Part shown: piece after piece, positions 40,801-54,575 of the stretch
Layout of the letters: every line of letters begins with the position of its first letter
Numbering within the stretch: the stretch's first letter is position 1
Origin: Mytilus trossulus
Taxonomy: Eukaryota
Direction of reading: 5' to 3'
Assembly: GCF_036588685.1 (NCBI RefSeq)
Contig: NW_026963290.1
Coordinates: forward strand, 744,001-808,000
Length of the DNA stretch: 64,000 bases
The notes under the pieces: model-generated
Told to the model about the DNA's origin: nothing
The model's database searches: none
Seen by the model: the letters and a program-made list of their open reading frames with translations, nothing else
Translations under genes and position numbers: made by a program

Positions 40801-43800
40801 TCTTAAAAGCTTTATATTTTAGAAGGTGGGAGACCTGGATGCTTCATACTTTGTATATGGTTGCCTCATGTTACGAAGATTCCGTCAGTCACATGTCCAA
40901 TGTCCTTGACCTCATTTTCATGGTTCAGTGACTACTTGAAAAAAAAGTTAAAATTTTTTGTAATGTTAAATTCTCTCTTATTATACATGTAAGTAATTGG
41001 ATAACTATATTTGGTATGTGCGTACCTTGCAAGATCCTCTTGCCCGTCAGACAGTTTTCACTTGACCTCGACCTCATTTCATGGATCAGCGAACAAGGTT
41101 TAGTTTTGGTGGTCAAGTCCATATCTGAGATACTATAAGCAATAGGTCTAGTATATTCGGTGTATGGAAGCACTGTAAGGTGTACTTGTCCAACTGGCAG
41201 GTGTCATCTGACCTTGACCTCATTTTCATGGTTTAGTGGTTATAGTTAAGTTTTGTGTTTTGGTCTGTTTTTCTTATACTGTTTGCAATAGGTCTTCTAT
41301 ATTTTGTGTATGGCATGGTTGTAAGGTGTACAGGTCTACCTGGTAGGTGTCATATGACCTTGACCTCATTTTCATGGTTCAGTGGTTAAAGATAAGTTTT
41401 TGAGTTTTGGCCTTTTTTTCTAATACTATATGCAATAGGTCAACTATATTTGGTGTATGGAAATATTTCATAATCTACATGTCAGTCGCACAGGTTTTAT
41501 TTGACCTTGATCTCATTTTTTACGGTTCATTGCTCAGTGTTAAGCTTTTGTGTTTTGGTCTGTTTTTCTTAAACTATAAGCAATAAGTCAATTTTATTTG
41601 TTGTATGGAAGAATTGTAAGCTGTCCATGCCTACCTGGCATGGTTTTTCTGACCTTGACCTCATTTTCATGGTTCAAAGGTCAATGTTTAGTTTTCTTGG
41701 TTTATGTTAAGATTATGTGACAGTTGTAATAACGCTTTATTATTAGGACTATCAACATAATATCAATGATTAGTAAAGAAGGCGAGACATTTCAGTGTGT
41801 GCACTCTTGTTTTTAAAGTGGGGCGATTTGTCATGGATTCCCTTCAAATATAATCTAATGTGGTTTTTGGCTTCTTCGTGCATTAACAAGCTCATAGCCA
41901 TTGTTGAATTAATTGTTTTCTTTAAAATAGTCGACAAAATTGCTCTTACAAAATTTCCATTTGGGAGCCTCGAGCTCGATGGGGGAAATACTCTGGAAAT
42001 ACTGACAGTTGACAGGTATGGTCATCAAAAAAGTTGACATGTTACTATGTACATTTACCATTATGTTACTTGATGTCCTTGCTATACACACAGTACAGAG
42101 ACTAGTCAATCTTTGTGAACTATTTTTTATGGGAGTCATAGAATATGTGTATACAATCAATAATTAAACATAGTCTATTTATATTGAAAAGGAAAAGTTC
42201 TTATATGTCTAAAGAAGAGGGACGAAAGACACCAAAGGGACAGTCAAACTCATAAATTTAAAGCAAACTGACAAGGCCATGGCTAAAAAGGCAATTCATG
42301 GGAGGCACAGAAAATATACTGTATACAGTAGACTAGATATAGGTGAACTAGGTACAAAAGAACTCTAAATCTTAAATTCTACAAACCACCTCTGTTCTAT
42401 GGAAGATAATGATATAACTGGACTAGAAATACACACAACCTGTAATTAACTGCCTTTACAGCGCTTTCACGCTTTGATTTTCTTTGACGTCTTACTTCGA
42501 TGTAAGGGGTCAAAGAAAAAAATTATAATAGCCTTTAAAGACATCATAATTATTCCCCCGATGTAAGGGGTCAAAGAAAAAAATTATAATAGACTTTCAA
42601 GACGTCATAATTATTTGGACTACATTTCTTGCAAGATCAAGATCATAATCTGCTTAGATTGTATAGTAAGGCAATTATTTAAAGTTAAAACTGATTCACA
42701 TTTTGTCATAATAGGCATTTTTCAGCTGTCAGACTATAGGTTATTGGTTTTGCCCATTGTTGAAGGCCAATCAAAGCCATATGGTTGCCATGTTATTCGG
42801 CAGTGTTTGCGTGTACCCGCATGCGAGTACGAATAGTCAAATTGCGGTTTTAGGATGCGTGTATCCACATTCGTTTTTTTTATTGAAATGGCATCAGATT
42901 GGGAATGAAACGTGAAATATATACGAAAATTATCGATAATATGGGGATTTCGTGTAGAATTATGTGAAGAGTATGAAAAATAATATTTTCAAATTGTATT
43001 TATTAAGTAAAAACATTTCTAAATTAAATGCACAATGATGGAAAGTGAAACTGTACAGTCCCTGTAAAAGAAAAACATGATAGAAATTAATACTGGGGGG
43101 GGATAGGACCTTTATCGGGACTACAGTGGTGTTTTTAAGCTCAGGATTTCGGGATTGACCCTTTCTTGATCAGGGAATTCTTTTTTTCGGATTTCGGGAT
43201 GCCAGGATTTACTTTATTTAATTTCGGGACCTCAGGATTTTGTGTTTTTAAGTCTGGGATTTCGGGATCCCCCCTCAATACTATTATAAAATTTAAATGA
43301 AAATTTAAAGAATAAAATTTTAATAATTTAAAAATTTACCCATATGATATTTTAAAATAATGTTTTAGTAAAATGTAAAACAGAACTGAAATTTTAAAAT
43401 ATATAAAACTACTAAAATTAAAGCTTGAGTTTATAAAAATTAAAGAAGCAATTAATAATATCAATATATTTAGACACCTTCTAGTGTATGGTCATCTAGT
43501 TTCATTTGTCTACTAGGCAAATGCTCAAATAGACATTTATTGATCTCATGAATGTGAGAACTGTGTGTCAGATTCCCTCACAGTCAGGTTTTGTCCATCT
43601 TTAGTTACACCAGGTTTAATGTGGAAAGGACATTCCATTTGGAAAGTATTGAAATTAGACATATCCTTAATATCATGACCGATTTACAATACAAAAACTA
43701 GAAGTAATCGTCAGAAAAAAAACTTGAATAAAACGCGGCAAATTTGATCGATTAAAAACTACAATTTAAAACAAATACCTTGTATTAGGCCTTTTTCCTG

Positions 43801-46800
43801 TCGAATTTGTTTGGAATTTTTTTCCCACCATGAATGCAGGAAAAATTTATTCTGTTGTCCTTTAAATCTTCTTTAATTTTTGTGCTCCCGGTGTTCTTTT
43901 CTCTGTGGCTGCTATAGACTCCGAAATTTCTTTTATACAATTGTATGAAATTTAACGCCTGATAGTTCTGTACAAATTTTTCTAATTCATGAGAAGTCTG
44001 AAATGTCTTCCCCACAGTTATAATAATATCACTCTCTTCTCTTTAAGAATATAACTGAGAAAAAACTGTTCACTTACCTATAGATAAATGTGTATATTTA
44101 TACAAATTCTGAGTTGTTTTAATCAATTTATTCACTAATTGCAACAAATTCCGTATATATTTCACGTTTCATTCCTGATCCGACGTCATTTTATTATAAA
44201 ACCAGATGTGGGTATGCACAGCCTAGAACCGCAATTTGACTATTCGTACCCCCATGCGAGTATGCGCAGACACTGCCATCTTATTTTGGCCATTTTACAT
44301 GCTTTTTAGAGCATAATTATTAAAAAAAATGATATTGTAAAATTGACATGATTGAGAATGGAAATTGGGAATATGATGAAGAGACAACAACCTAACCATA
44401 GAGCAGACAACAGGCAACCAATGGGTCTTTAATGCACACAGTTTGTGCAACCTTTTGACGGTTTCAAATAGAATTTGTGTAAATGCCATCAAATAAAAAG
44501 TTAAAGGATTCCTGGAAGAATCAAGGCCACATTCAGTTATTTTGTCAGTTCAAGTTTGATAATCAAGAAGTTTATCTTAAACATGTTAAATAACAAAAAC
44601 TTGCAATGCGTAAAAATCTGCATGGATGGCCATCTTGACCATACATTTTGTAGGTATTTTTTGTGCTCATTTGTATATCTTGTCATCTGATATACAGTTG
44701 TACATGTATCATGATTCTTATTGCAGAACATGTTGAATATTTAAATAGATAAAAGAAGATGTGGTATGAGTGCCAATAAGACAACTCACCATCCAAGTCA
44801 CTATTGTAAAAGTAAACTATTGCACAATGTAGGTCAAAGTAAGGCTTTCAACACAGAGCTATGGCTCACACCAAACAGCAGCTTCCAAGCTACATGTATA
44901 TAATAAATGGCACCAAAAATGACTAGTGAAAAGTCATTTAAACAGTTAAACTAAAGGTCTACTCTACATGTATATAAAAAATGATGTATTGATATTTTGA
45001 TAATGCCTATAGATTTTGGGGGAATGAAACCCTACGATGTTAGTTTTCTATTAAAAAAACAAAAAACAAACTATAATCATATACATGTACAATGTACATT
45101 ATATAAATGGATTTTATACATCCAAAAACTTAATCTATGTATTGTCTTGTTTTTCTGTTGTCAGTTTTCCCTGATCCTGTATCAGATTATTTAGAGAGAA
45201 CAAATGAAACATGTTGCCAACAAGATCCATCACAACCTCAAGCCAAGAAGAAAAGAAAAAGTTATACATATAAAAAGAAATCACGCAGGCAATCTACCTC
45301 TACCAGTACACAAGCTACAACAAATGAGGAACCAACAGAAAGTCAAAAAGCCATAGATGCTAAACAAAAAGTAACATGTGGTAAGTGGTAACTGTAATCT
45401 ATTCCCCATTCTATCAATTTCAAATAAAGATGTGCTCAGGGAATACAGTGCATGATCAGTGATGATCCTTGTATTTTAAGTACCACTCAACATTTTCAAC
45501 ATAAACCTTGAATTTTTAGATGTACACATGTATAATAATTTTCATTGATTTTAAAAGAATTGATGACAGACAATTCGACATTTATGTACACAAGTGCATG
45601 AAATGTAAACATGATAAAAGTTTTTTAGAACTTCATTGCAAAAGATTTTAAAAAAAAAGAGTTAAATAATCATGTAATATCTTGTTGCATATAAAAAAAA
45701 TATTGTTTAAGTGACAATTTTGGATCTTGAAACAAATAACTGATCAGTGAACTCTCATCACCATTGTACCAGCTAGAACAATGTAGAACAGTAGTGAAAG
45801 CAACCATGCTGATGGAAACTTCCTTCGATTCAAAACAAAATTAATATTAAAAAATCTATGGTACAGTTTGTGTACAAAACTGCAAGTCTATGGTTGTAGT
45901 TTGAAGATACATGTAGGCTTTTTTTCAAATTAGAGTAAAAGTTTATGATCTAAACATGAAAGAAACAAAACAAAAATATAGTAATACTAAAACATGGAAG
46001 ATGTCATGTTAATTATCATGGTTAACTGATGGTTAAAGATAGTGTTGTTATATTGAACAATACTATGACAAAGTCAATAAATCTGTCTAAAAATAATGTT
46101 GTGTCAGAATTTTATGCATTGCCAGGTACATTTATACACTCCAAATAGGTGGTAATCATTATTCTGTAAATTTCATAAACATTACCAAGATTAGAATATT
46201 TTATTTTCCTGAAGGATTTGAACTGTAATTAAGTCAATACAATGCCAAACACATGATTTTCATTGAAGAAAATATAATGTAGATTGTAGATGCTCATTAT
46301 TCAATGTTAGATAAAATACAAATGGAAGAACAAAAAGTGTACAAAGATAGTTTTCAACATCTCAAAAGTCACTGTAAGGCTTTCAACTTTGATCTTGCAT
46401 TTATGAACAACCTATAATTGATTTTGTATTTGATTCATTTTTTTGCAGATATCAAATTACGAGTTAGGGCTGAATACGAGACACATGACTCAGCCCTTGT
46501 TAATGTGACATCTAACAAACCAACAGAATTAGAGAGACAATTAGAACGATTCACACAAGCAGATACAATTCTCAAGTCTAGAGATATTGGCTCTATAGTG
46601 TGTGATATAAGTTTTTCTGAACTTACTTACTTAGATGCTTTCTGGAGGGATTATATTGATGGTTCACTGTTAGAGGCTCTAAAAGGGGTATTTATAACAG
46701 GTGAGTACACAAATATGACTTCAAAGGGGGGGGGGGGGGGGGGTCGTTGGACTCACAAACTCGACTTTAGCAGTCACAATTCGAACAGAAAATTGACTTT

Positions 46801-47339
46801 AACAGTTGCTTTTTGTTTTCAAGGGGGTGGGGGGGGGGGGGGGGGCGTCCAACCCCCCTGGCTACGGGTATGTATTGCCATCTCATTTCAATGGAGATAA
46901 GTTTGATCTGAATCTTCAGTAAATGTTCATTGCACACTATACATTGAAGTGTTGTCATTGGGATTTCAACATTTTTATCATACTACTACAATAGTCAAAA
47001 TTGCAAACAGGCTTAATATGTCTGTGTGTCAGCAGTTTATTTTGAAAAGGACTCCAATAAAGAGTGTGTGTAACCAGAAGAAGTTATACAGGAAGCTTTT
47101 ACAGTCAGTTACCTTTTTATTTATATAGTTAGACAAGCTGTTAGTAACTTTATCATATATATTTACAGATACATCAAGACACATGTGTTTAAATTGTTAA
47201 TATCTTTAATTTATTGTTTCGATTTATAGATACTTTGAAACAGGTGGTCGGACAGGAAGCTATCAAGTTGTTAGTTAGTGTTGATGAAGATGATTATGAA
47301 GCTGGAAGACTCAAATTGTTAAAGAAACTCAACTTTTGA
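37854..47339 (+). CDS. DEDD: death effector domain-containing DNA-binding protein (DEDD/DEDD2 family), 293 aa
   Basis: Exons 37854-38157, 45165-45380, 46449-46700, 47230-47339 (all GT-AG, phase 1). DED with LLRIITRHDLTPYVTLKRR, basic NLS-like tract, and C-terminal TCDIKLRVRAEY..FSELTYLDAFWRDYIDGSLLEALKGVFITD..EAIKLLVSVDEDDYE, recognisably like vertebrate DEDD. Confidence 0.95.
40712..41812 (+). mobile_element. Helentron/HINE-type element with about six ~150-bp tandem repeats (DEDD intron 1)
   Basis: 5' TTTTGTCGAG-CTGCGAC/GTCGCAG-CTCGAC hairpin, GGC microsatellite, recurring TGACCTTGACCTCATTTTCATGG, 3' GGCGAGAC..GTGTGCACTCTTGTT. Confidence 0.75.
42799..44277 (-). mobile_element. non-autonomous Mutator-like element with decayed FAR1/ZSWIM3-like N-terminal domain
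   Basis: ~140-bp TIRs (GGCAGTGT..), degenerate 9-bp TSD ATGTTATTC/ATCTTATTT. Frameshifted VGKTFQTSHEL..INFSCIHGG..STGKRPN / TFQMECPFHIK..DGQNLTV..HIHEINK.LFEHLP at ~44015-43480. Confidence 0.75.
43095..43276. mobile_element. MITE (same family as 21988-22189) nested in the Mutator-like element
   Basis: 6-bp TSD AATACT at 43089-43094 and 43277-43282; TCGGGAT internal repeats. Confidence 0.8.
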
Positions 47340-47379
47340 ATATAATGAATAATCACACAACAGTGCTGAAAATTAAATA

Positions 47380-47588
47380 CTGTGGATTCATTATTATTCG
47401 TTGGATTCCAATTTTTCGTGGATTTCGAGGGAACAGTAAAACCACGAAATTAAATGTTCAACGAATGACAAATTTTCTCATAGCTTGTATGCAGACTTCA
47501 GCAAAACCACGAAATCAAATATCCACGAACATGCAAGTTTTCCTCAATCCACGAAAATTGGTACCCACGAAAATAAATGAATCCACAG
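47380..47588. mobile_element. MITE with TA TSD, 40 bp after the DEDD stop codon
   Basis: TA|CTGTGGATTCATT...AATGAATCCACAG|TA. Confidence 0.8.
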
Positions 47589-47786
47589 TACTGTCAATTT
47601 ATTTATTTTTGTGGGTACCACTTTCTGTTGATTTAGGGAAAAAATGTGTATGTTTTATTTCAATGATTTGCAAAAGTCTGCATATAACTAAGCTGGTAAA
47701 AATTAAAATAGATATTTTTCATCGAAAATTTATGATATGGTTTACCTTTGCAAAACTAATAACACAATAATTGAATATGATAATAA

Positions 47787-47972
47787 CTGTAAATTCACAA
47801 ACTATTGTGAATAAATGCAACAAGATATGTTTCTCAAAATAAGAAATTTGAAATTTCTATACCATTATATGTATGCAGCATTTTCCTGAAATCATAAAAA
47901 AATAATCTTGTATTTGCTTCCATTGTCAACAATTGCTATTATAAAATCACTTAGTAATTTCTGAATTAACAG
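47787..47972. mobile_element. decayed MITE (CTGTAAATTCA TIR)
   Basis: CTGTAAATTCA...TGAATTAACAG; related copy at 50162-50363. Confidence 0.55.
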
Positions 47973-50161
47973 TACATAACTATGTTGCAGATGAAATGTT
48001 TTGTGCACCTGATTTTCCCAAATTCTGGCCTCAAATGAATGTTATTAATTTAGATATAGGTAGGTTGTGTGCACTAAAATTGTCATCATATGCAAAGAAT
48101 AAAGGTTAATTAAAATTAATACACTGCCATCAAGTCTTTATTTGAGATAAACAATGGTAAAATGTTTATGAGTTTACCTTAAGTTGAAAACCTTGAAGCA
48201 GGCAACTTCAAGATAAACATAGTTATGTATTCAGGGGTTGGTTGTAAAACAAAATAAGCATGGTATAAAACTTTAAGAACTTAGATGTTTTGCTGTAGCA
48301 GCCCAATTTTGTATTATAAATATCCAACAGTTAAATACTTATGCCAAATTTGAGCAGCCCATATCATATAATTTTGGGGGTCTTGATCAACATTTTGTGT
48401 ACTATTTAAATAAAATATGTATTTGAATATCTTTTCCTAAAAAAATCAATCCTTTTCAATTGGTTGAATATATAGTTAGGTACATTTTACTACCCCTAGA
48501 AACAAAGATAAAATTGAGAATGTGTAAAAGAGCCAACAACCCAATGAATACATTTATGATAGATTTTTTGTATGTTTTTCAGTTGTAATTTTCATCTTCA
48601 ATTGATTTAATTGTCATAAACTTCTGTAGATATAGATTAAGATTAAGTTATTGCATTTAAAAGTAAAGTATTACTATGTATAGCAAATGTACACATTATA
48701 GGCTGTTTTCTGAAAGTAACTGATTCAAATTTGACTAAACAAACTTGCTTATAGTGTAATCAAAATTCATCAAATAGAAGTCTTTATGATACTTTATTTT
48801 GAAGTCTAAGGGTAAAACATTATTTGTTAATAGTTGTTAATCAATTATGATAGTATTTTATCTGTATCATATGCTTGTGGATATAATTAAGTTAGAAATC
48901 TGTGATTTCAAATGATTTTTTTCAAATATTTTCAAAGGGAGCTAACTCCTGTTCACTTCAATGTTAATTATGCTTTGTTTATCTAAATCGTTTTAACAAG
49001 ATCACCTGTATTAACCTTTAAAAACTTGAGAAGAAACCTTTGATAAACTGTTTTGAAAGAAAAAATCATGTGTAAATAAATAATTCAATGTTATAATTTT
49101 ACAAATAAAAACAATGCTTTTGAAGGAAATCTGTATTTTTATTGCGCCCTACTGAATTAATTTTTTTTTTATTAATAAATGTTATAAAAGCAAAGGATAT
49201 GTAAGTTATATGATGTTGTAATGAGTTTAGAATTGAATGTGAAATTTGTATTGTTTTTCACCTTGACATTAATTACCTGAATGAAATAACATTAAATGTA
49301 GTGAGGGAAGGGAAATAATCCAATTTCTGAAGGTATCCACTTTAGATGATTAAAACTTCTATTTTCAAGAATGATTTAAAGCAAAAATAATCATATTTCA
49401 AAAATTTTCTTTTTCTCATGCAGACTTTTGCAAATCATTTTACACACTTGGACATTTATTTTCAAACTTGGCTTCTTTTTTTAAAAGTTTATGCACACAG
49501 AAAACTTAATATATTTTATTTTGTTGGAAATTCTTTACATGGAGTATAGATTAATAAGAAATAAAAAGTTTTACGTAGTGTATTTTTTTGCTTTCATTAG
49601 ATAATATGTTTTAAATAGCAACCCCATAAGTTAATGTTGAGAATATTGTTAAGTCAACCATTTTTAAAAGAATTATAGAAGTAAAACATACTAAAAATTG
49701 TTCAGTGAATGAAATAATATTGTTTTTCTTTGAATAATTGTGTGTCAACTTTTAATTATCATTTATAGAAAAAACACTAAATAACTATCCAACAAGTAAA
49801 TACTGTCATTAATCATTAATACATGGTAAGGAATTTACTGAAATATGTTTTTTGTATTATTTTGATAAATTTCACATTTTGAATATTCAAATGTTAGTAT
49901 GTGGTTTTTCTTCTTCACAACTTTTACGTCATACTTCTTTTTTTATAAGGGTTAAGTTAGAAAAGATGTAATAATGCAAAACCTATACTATATTTGTCAA
50001 AAGAGTCACTAAAACATCCATATTTCTTCCCTTAGATGAACATTTTTACAGATTAATAACATTTCTTTCTTAAAATTTACATAATTCACTAGATATCTAG
50101 ATTAATTGAGTTCTGCTACTTTACAATCCAAGATGTCAGAGGACACTATTGTTAAAGTCTA

Positions 50162-50363
50162 CTGTAAATTCAGAATTTATTGCGTGCATTTATTATTGTG
50201 ATGATATTTTACACTAAAATGCAATTTTAATTTATGCAATATTAAGAAAAATCCTGTTTAATTCAAATACAAAATTTCGAAATGCAAGTTTAAATTATAG
50301 CGATTATAACTCTGTCACATTTTCGCAATAATGAAAATATTGCAATCATTTCTGAATTTACTG
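50162..50363. mobile_element. MITE (CTGTAAATTCAG TIR, TA flanks)
   Basis: TA|CTGTAAATTCAGAA...TTCTGAATTTACTG|TA. Confidence 0.65.
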
Positions 50364-53300
50364 TACCTACCTTATAAAGAAGCAATTTGAATGCAGTTAT
50401 TTGATATTTTGCATGCCTGCTTGTATTAACCTGTCTCTGTTGTAGGCTTTAACATTAAATTTCTGCCCCTGGAGTTTAATTCTAATTAATTCAAAAATAG
50501 TGTTTATATTTATATATTTAAAATAGAAGATAAACATTATTCAAATAACTTTTGGTATATGTCGGTCTAAAGATATGGAAATACTGTAGCATAAATCTTT
50601 AGATAAATAGATATATAATTTTCTTTATGACACTCATGTTAACAGAGGAATGCAATATGACATGTTTTTCTGCATTTATTGTTAAATTAAGTAGGTAAAG
50701 TTTTTTGAGAGAGAGAAAAATGAGAAATAAATTATGTATGTAAAAAACAATTCAGTGTTTTATTTAGTTGCCTTCATCATAAAGTTGAAATTATCAAATT
50801 ACCTAAGCCGTTGTGCTTTTACTTCATTTACATACTCTGTTTGTCTGACTGGCAAGAAGAAAAATTTCCATTATATAATTGGAGGATATATGGATTTTTA
50901 GTCTCCTATCATCAAAGTCGAAGGGGACTTTAGGTTTGCTGTCTGTCTGCGAGTCTTTCAGCCCGTCTGTCCAGCAAATCAGTTTTCCTAGAATCCAGAC
51001 TTTTCTTCTTCATGCTAGAAGATTTGATATTTGGTTTATTGTTACATCATGCCAACTTACAGGTCAAGCTCTATGGTCACCATTTTAGCTTTCCTCTTTG
51101 TTCAATTAAACCCCTTTCCTTAGAATTACATTTTTGATGAAATGCTTATTAATTAATTAGTAGATTTCTGTTTAACAGGAAATAACTCATTATTTGGTTT
51201 TTTTTTTCTTTTCTTTATTCATTTTTATGTAGTTTACACCATTATAGCTATAGATCAAGTAAGAATTTCGTTCCAATACAATGAATTTTTAACCAGAATG
51301 CTTGTTCAATGTCACATCCCTATCAACATGAGACACCAACATAATTAATATCATCATGGATGGCTGAGACAGGTCAATTGCAATTGATTGTATTAAACAT
51401 ACAATTTCAAGTATAAACTGCCAAGTATTTAATAGATAATAGGATAATAGGGTAAACATAAATGATACAGCAACCAACAGATATAAAGCAGGCATCTAGA
51501 GGTCAAAAGTTGACCTATTATAACTGGCAGATGAACAGGTGGCAAGTTTAAACTAATGTTTGACCAGTCTTAACAACCCAACACATGGATGTGACTTTGG
51601 CATGCTGATTATGCTGGCAGCAGTGTCAACAATATGCTTACGTTTGTGATCAGATCAGTTGAAGGGAGAGAACTAATGTGAGGCCTAATTGCCAATGATA
51701 TTTGGTATATAGCTTTTTAAAATAGAATTGCCATTGGCACATCTTGAACCCAATAAGAAAGTAACTCAATCACAATGTGAAAAGATTACCAAGAGACATT
51801 TAGAGCACAATATACAAATTTTAACAATAAAATGTGTTTAAACAATAGTTACACACTTAAACCTCCCAAATTTGTGAATTATTATTAATATACAATTAAA
51901 ATCAGAAAGAGAAAACAATAATTAATATGCGATGTACTTAAGACTACAGACACAGTTCCTGATTTAAGACAGGCAATCTCACTGCACTTAATGGGTATAG
52001 ATGAAATGTAATATGACACTGATATATCAGTGCATGACTGTGTAAATCTTAGACTATGCAGCAAGACACTATGATAATATGCAATACTTATAGTAACTAG
52101 ATTTGGCAGAACAACATGAATGGTCCGGCAGTCATAAAAAGCTTGAAACGGTACCACTTTGTATAGTTCTTTCAGTCCAAAGCCAGTAATTTCAGCAAAA
52201 AATAAGCGGAGTAGAACCAAACATTTACTCCATCTGTGATTCATCATAGAAGAGTCCAATAAACTGTTGTCTGGTAGTCTTCCCCTAGCTCTGAAGCTGT
52301 AAACTTGTGAACAAATTTGTATATATATATTGTTAACGTTCTTGTGCTTAAAGGAGCCACAATGTCAATTATAGTACAACAAACTTTAATATAAACCGTA
52401 CCAAAATTTACGAAGTTGAACACAAACACTAAACAACAGGCTGCGGACTAGTTTGACTTTTAAAAAAATACAGCAGCAACTTCTTATGTAAGGACAAGGT
52501 ACAATTTAAGACATGACAAATATCTTTCTAAAATCTTTGCACTTTACATGCATGGTGACACTTATCGGCAAATGTTCGTTCTTAACCAGAATCAGAGACA
52601 TATATATATTGGGGTCCTACTAAAATGCGCCCTGGTGAAGAAAAAGCGCCCGTGGAAAAGAAAAAGCTCTTGGAGAAGAAAATTTAGCGCCCGCGGAAAA
52701 TATATAGATATTTTATTGGCATGAGACAACTTTGTTATGAACATTTTTTTTTATTTTAGACAAGAAATCTACAAATTCAGATAATAGACACTTGTAATAA
52801 AGCACAAAAACAAGTATGAAAAATGAATAAGACATCTCAAATTTCACAGATAAATATTAATTTAATCAAAAATGTAAAGCAATTGTTTTTGAAACAATTG
52901 TTAGACAGTCTTTCCCCTCTGATGATTGGATAATTGATTTTTTTAATTGATTGATTTGGAAAGGGAAAAAAGGGGGGGTTGTTTGTTTGTTTGTGTATGG
53001 GGTCTATATTATTGTTACCGGAGAAGTTTTTTACGATTTTTACGGCATTGCCATTTCTTTTCTCTAGGAAAAGTTTTGAGAGATATCTGCAAGTTTTTTT
53101 ATAAATTTTTAGTACATGTATGCCCTGCTGACTGCAAATTTTGAGGTCGATTGTACTTGTAGTTTCAGAGTACATGTGGATTTTTTTTCAGAAATGACGC
53201 AAGAACAATATTAAATTTCAATTTTTTATGAAGCATGATTGATTGATTGATTGATTGATTAGTTGGTTAGTTGGTTGGTTGGTTAAACACGTTGGATAGG

Positions 53301-53540
53301 GCCAATTGAAACAGCGAAAAAGAATCAAAGAAGATCTTGGACCCTATATTAAACACACGAGACGGAAACATGATTGATTAATCATGATTGATTGAATGGT
53401 TGGTTGGTTGGTTGGTTAAACACGTTGGATAGGGTCAATTGAAACAGCGAAAAAGAAACAAAGGAGATCTTGAACCCTATATTAAACACATGAGACGGAA
53501 ACATGATTGATTGATTGATTAATCATGATCATGATTGGTT

Positions 53541-53858
53541 GTGTCCTGTTAAATTGTTATACGATGATGACTGATGTTCCCATATTTTGACTATTTTATT
53601 GATTGTGACTGTTTATTTAACGCATCATGTAAATGTAACGGAATTTGATGAGACAGTTATTAAAGTGAGAGGGTTAGCGCTATAGAACCAGGTTTAATCC
53701 ACCATTTTCTACATTTGAAAATGCCTGTACCAAGTCAGGAATATGACAGTTCTTGTCCATTTGTTTTTGATGCGTTTTGTTTTTTGATTTTGCCATGTGA
53801 TTATGGACTTTCCAAATTGATTTTCCTCTGAGTTCAGTATTTTTGTGATTTTACTTTT
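53541..53858 (+). mobile_element. family-B (Penelope-like 3' end) insertion with ~24-bp flanking direct repeat
   Basis: GATTAATCATGATCATGATTGGTT at 53517-53540 and 53859-53882. Confidence 0.7.
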
Positions 53859-53949
53859 GATTAATCATGATCATGATTGGTTGATTGATCATGATCATGA
53901 TTGGTTGATTGATCTTGGTTGGTTGGCAAACACACATAAAATTCTTCAA

Positions 53950-54575
53950 GTCGTGCCCCAAATCACATATGTACATGACCTTGACCTTTGACCTTGTGAC
54001 CTTTGTCAAGGTCATTGCTTCGCAATGTCATTACAAAGACCCTATGGGTCAAGGACCTTTTGTTTAAGAGTTTTGCCTAATAATGGCTTTTTATAAACCA
54101 TCAATGGGGGTAATGTCCCTTACATAATGGTAAAACCAATACAGTCATAATGTAACAAAGTTGCCCCTTGAAGTACTCAACATTTTTCATTGCTTAAATT
54201 TTCTGAATCTATAACCATTCAAGAATTAAAGGGAAATCAAAGACATATGAAAATCTAAAATTTGACCTTTGACCTTGACCTAATTTTCTAAGTTAGGACC
54301 CAGGGGACTCAAATAAAAACATTCCAGGGTTATACGGTTAACGGCTTATGAGTTAAAAAAACATACCGACAAATTTATTCCGTAAAGGTACATAACTCCT
54401 ATAAAATTTCATCGAATCGCTTTGATCCAAACTAGCCAAAAATTCCTGAGGATGTAACGAACAATTTGTAAAAAGAATTTATCGCAAGAAAAAAATTTGG
54501 CGGAAGAAAAAAAAAAAAATAATAATAATCAGAACAAAAACAATAAGTCTTTCCACAGAAAAGTGGAAAGACTTG
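53950..54575 (-). mobile_element. HINE-type fragment nested in the P-like element
   Basis: Terminal hairpin AAGTCTTTCCAC..GTGGAAAGACTT, AAT microsatellite, TGACCTT repeats. Confidence 0.55.

Noticed and set aside
47336-47770. 144-aa ORF after DEDD
   Set aside because: Runs through a MITE. Most other short ORFs in the track likewise fall in repeats or are antisense to the LINE.
51885-52429. two minus-strand ORFs as a gene or pseudogene
   Set aside because: No recognisable motif or consistent splice pattern.
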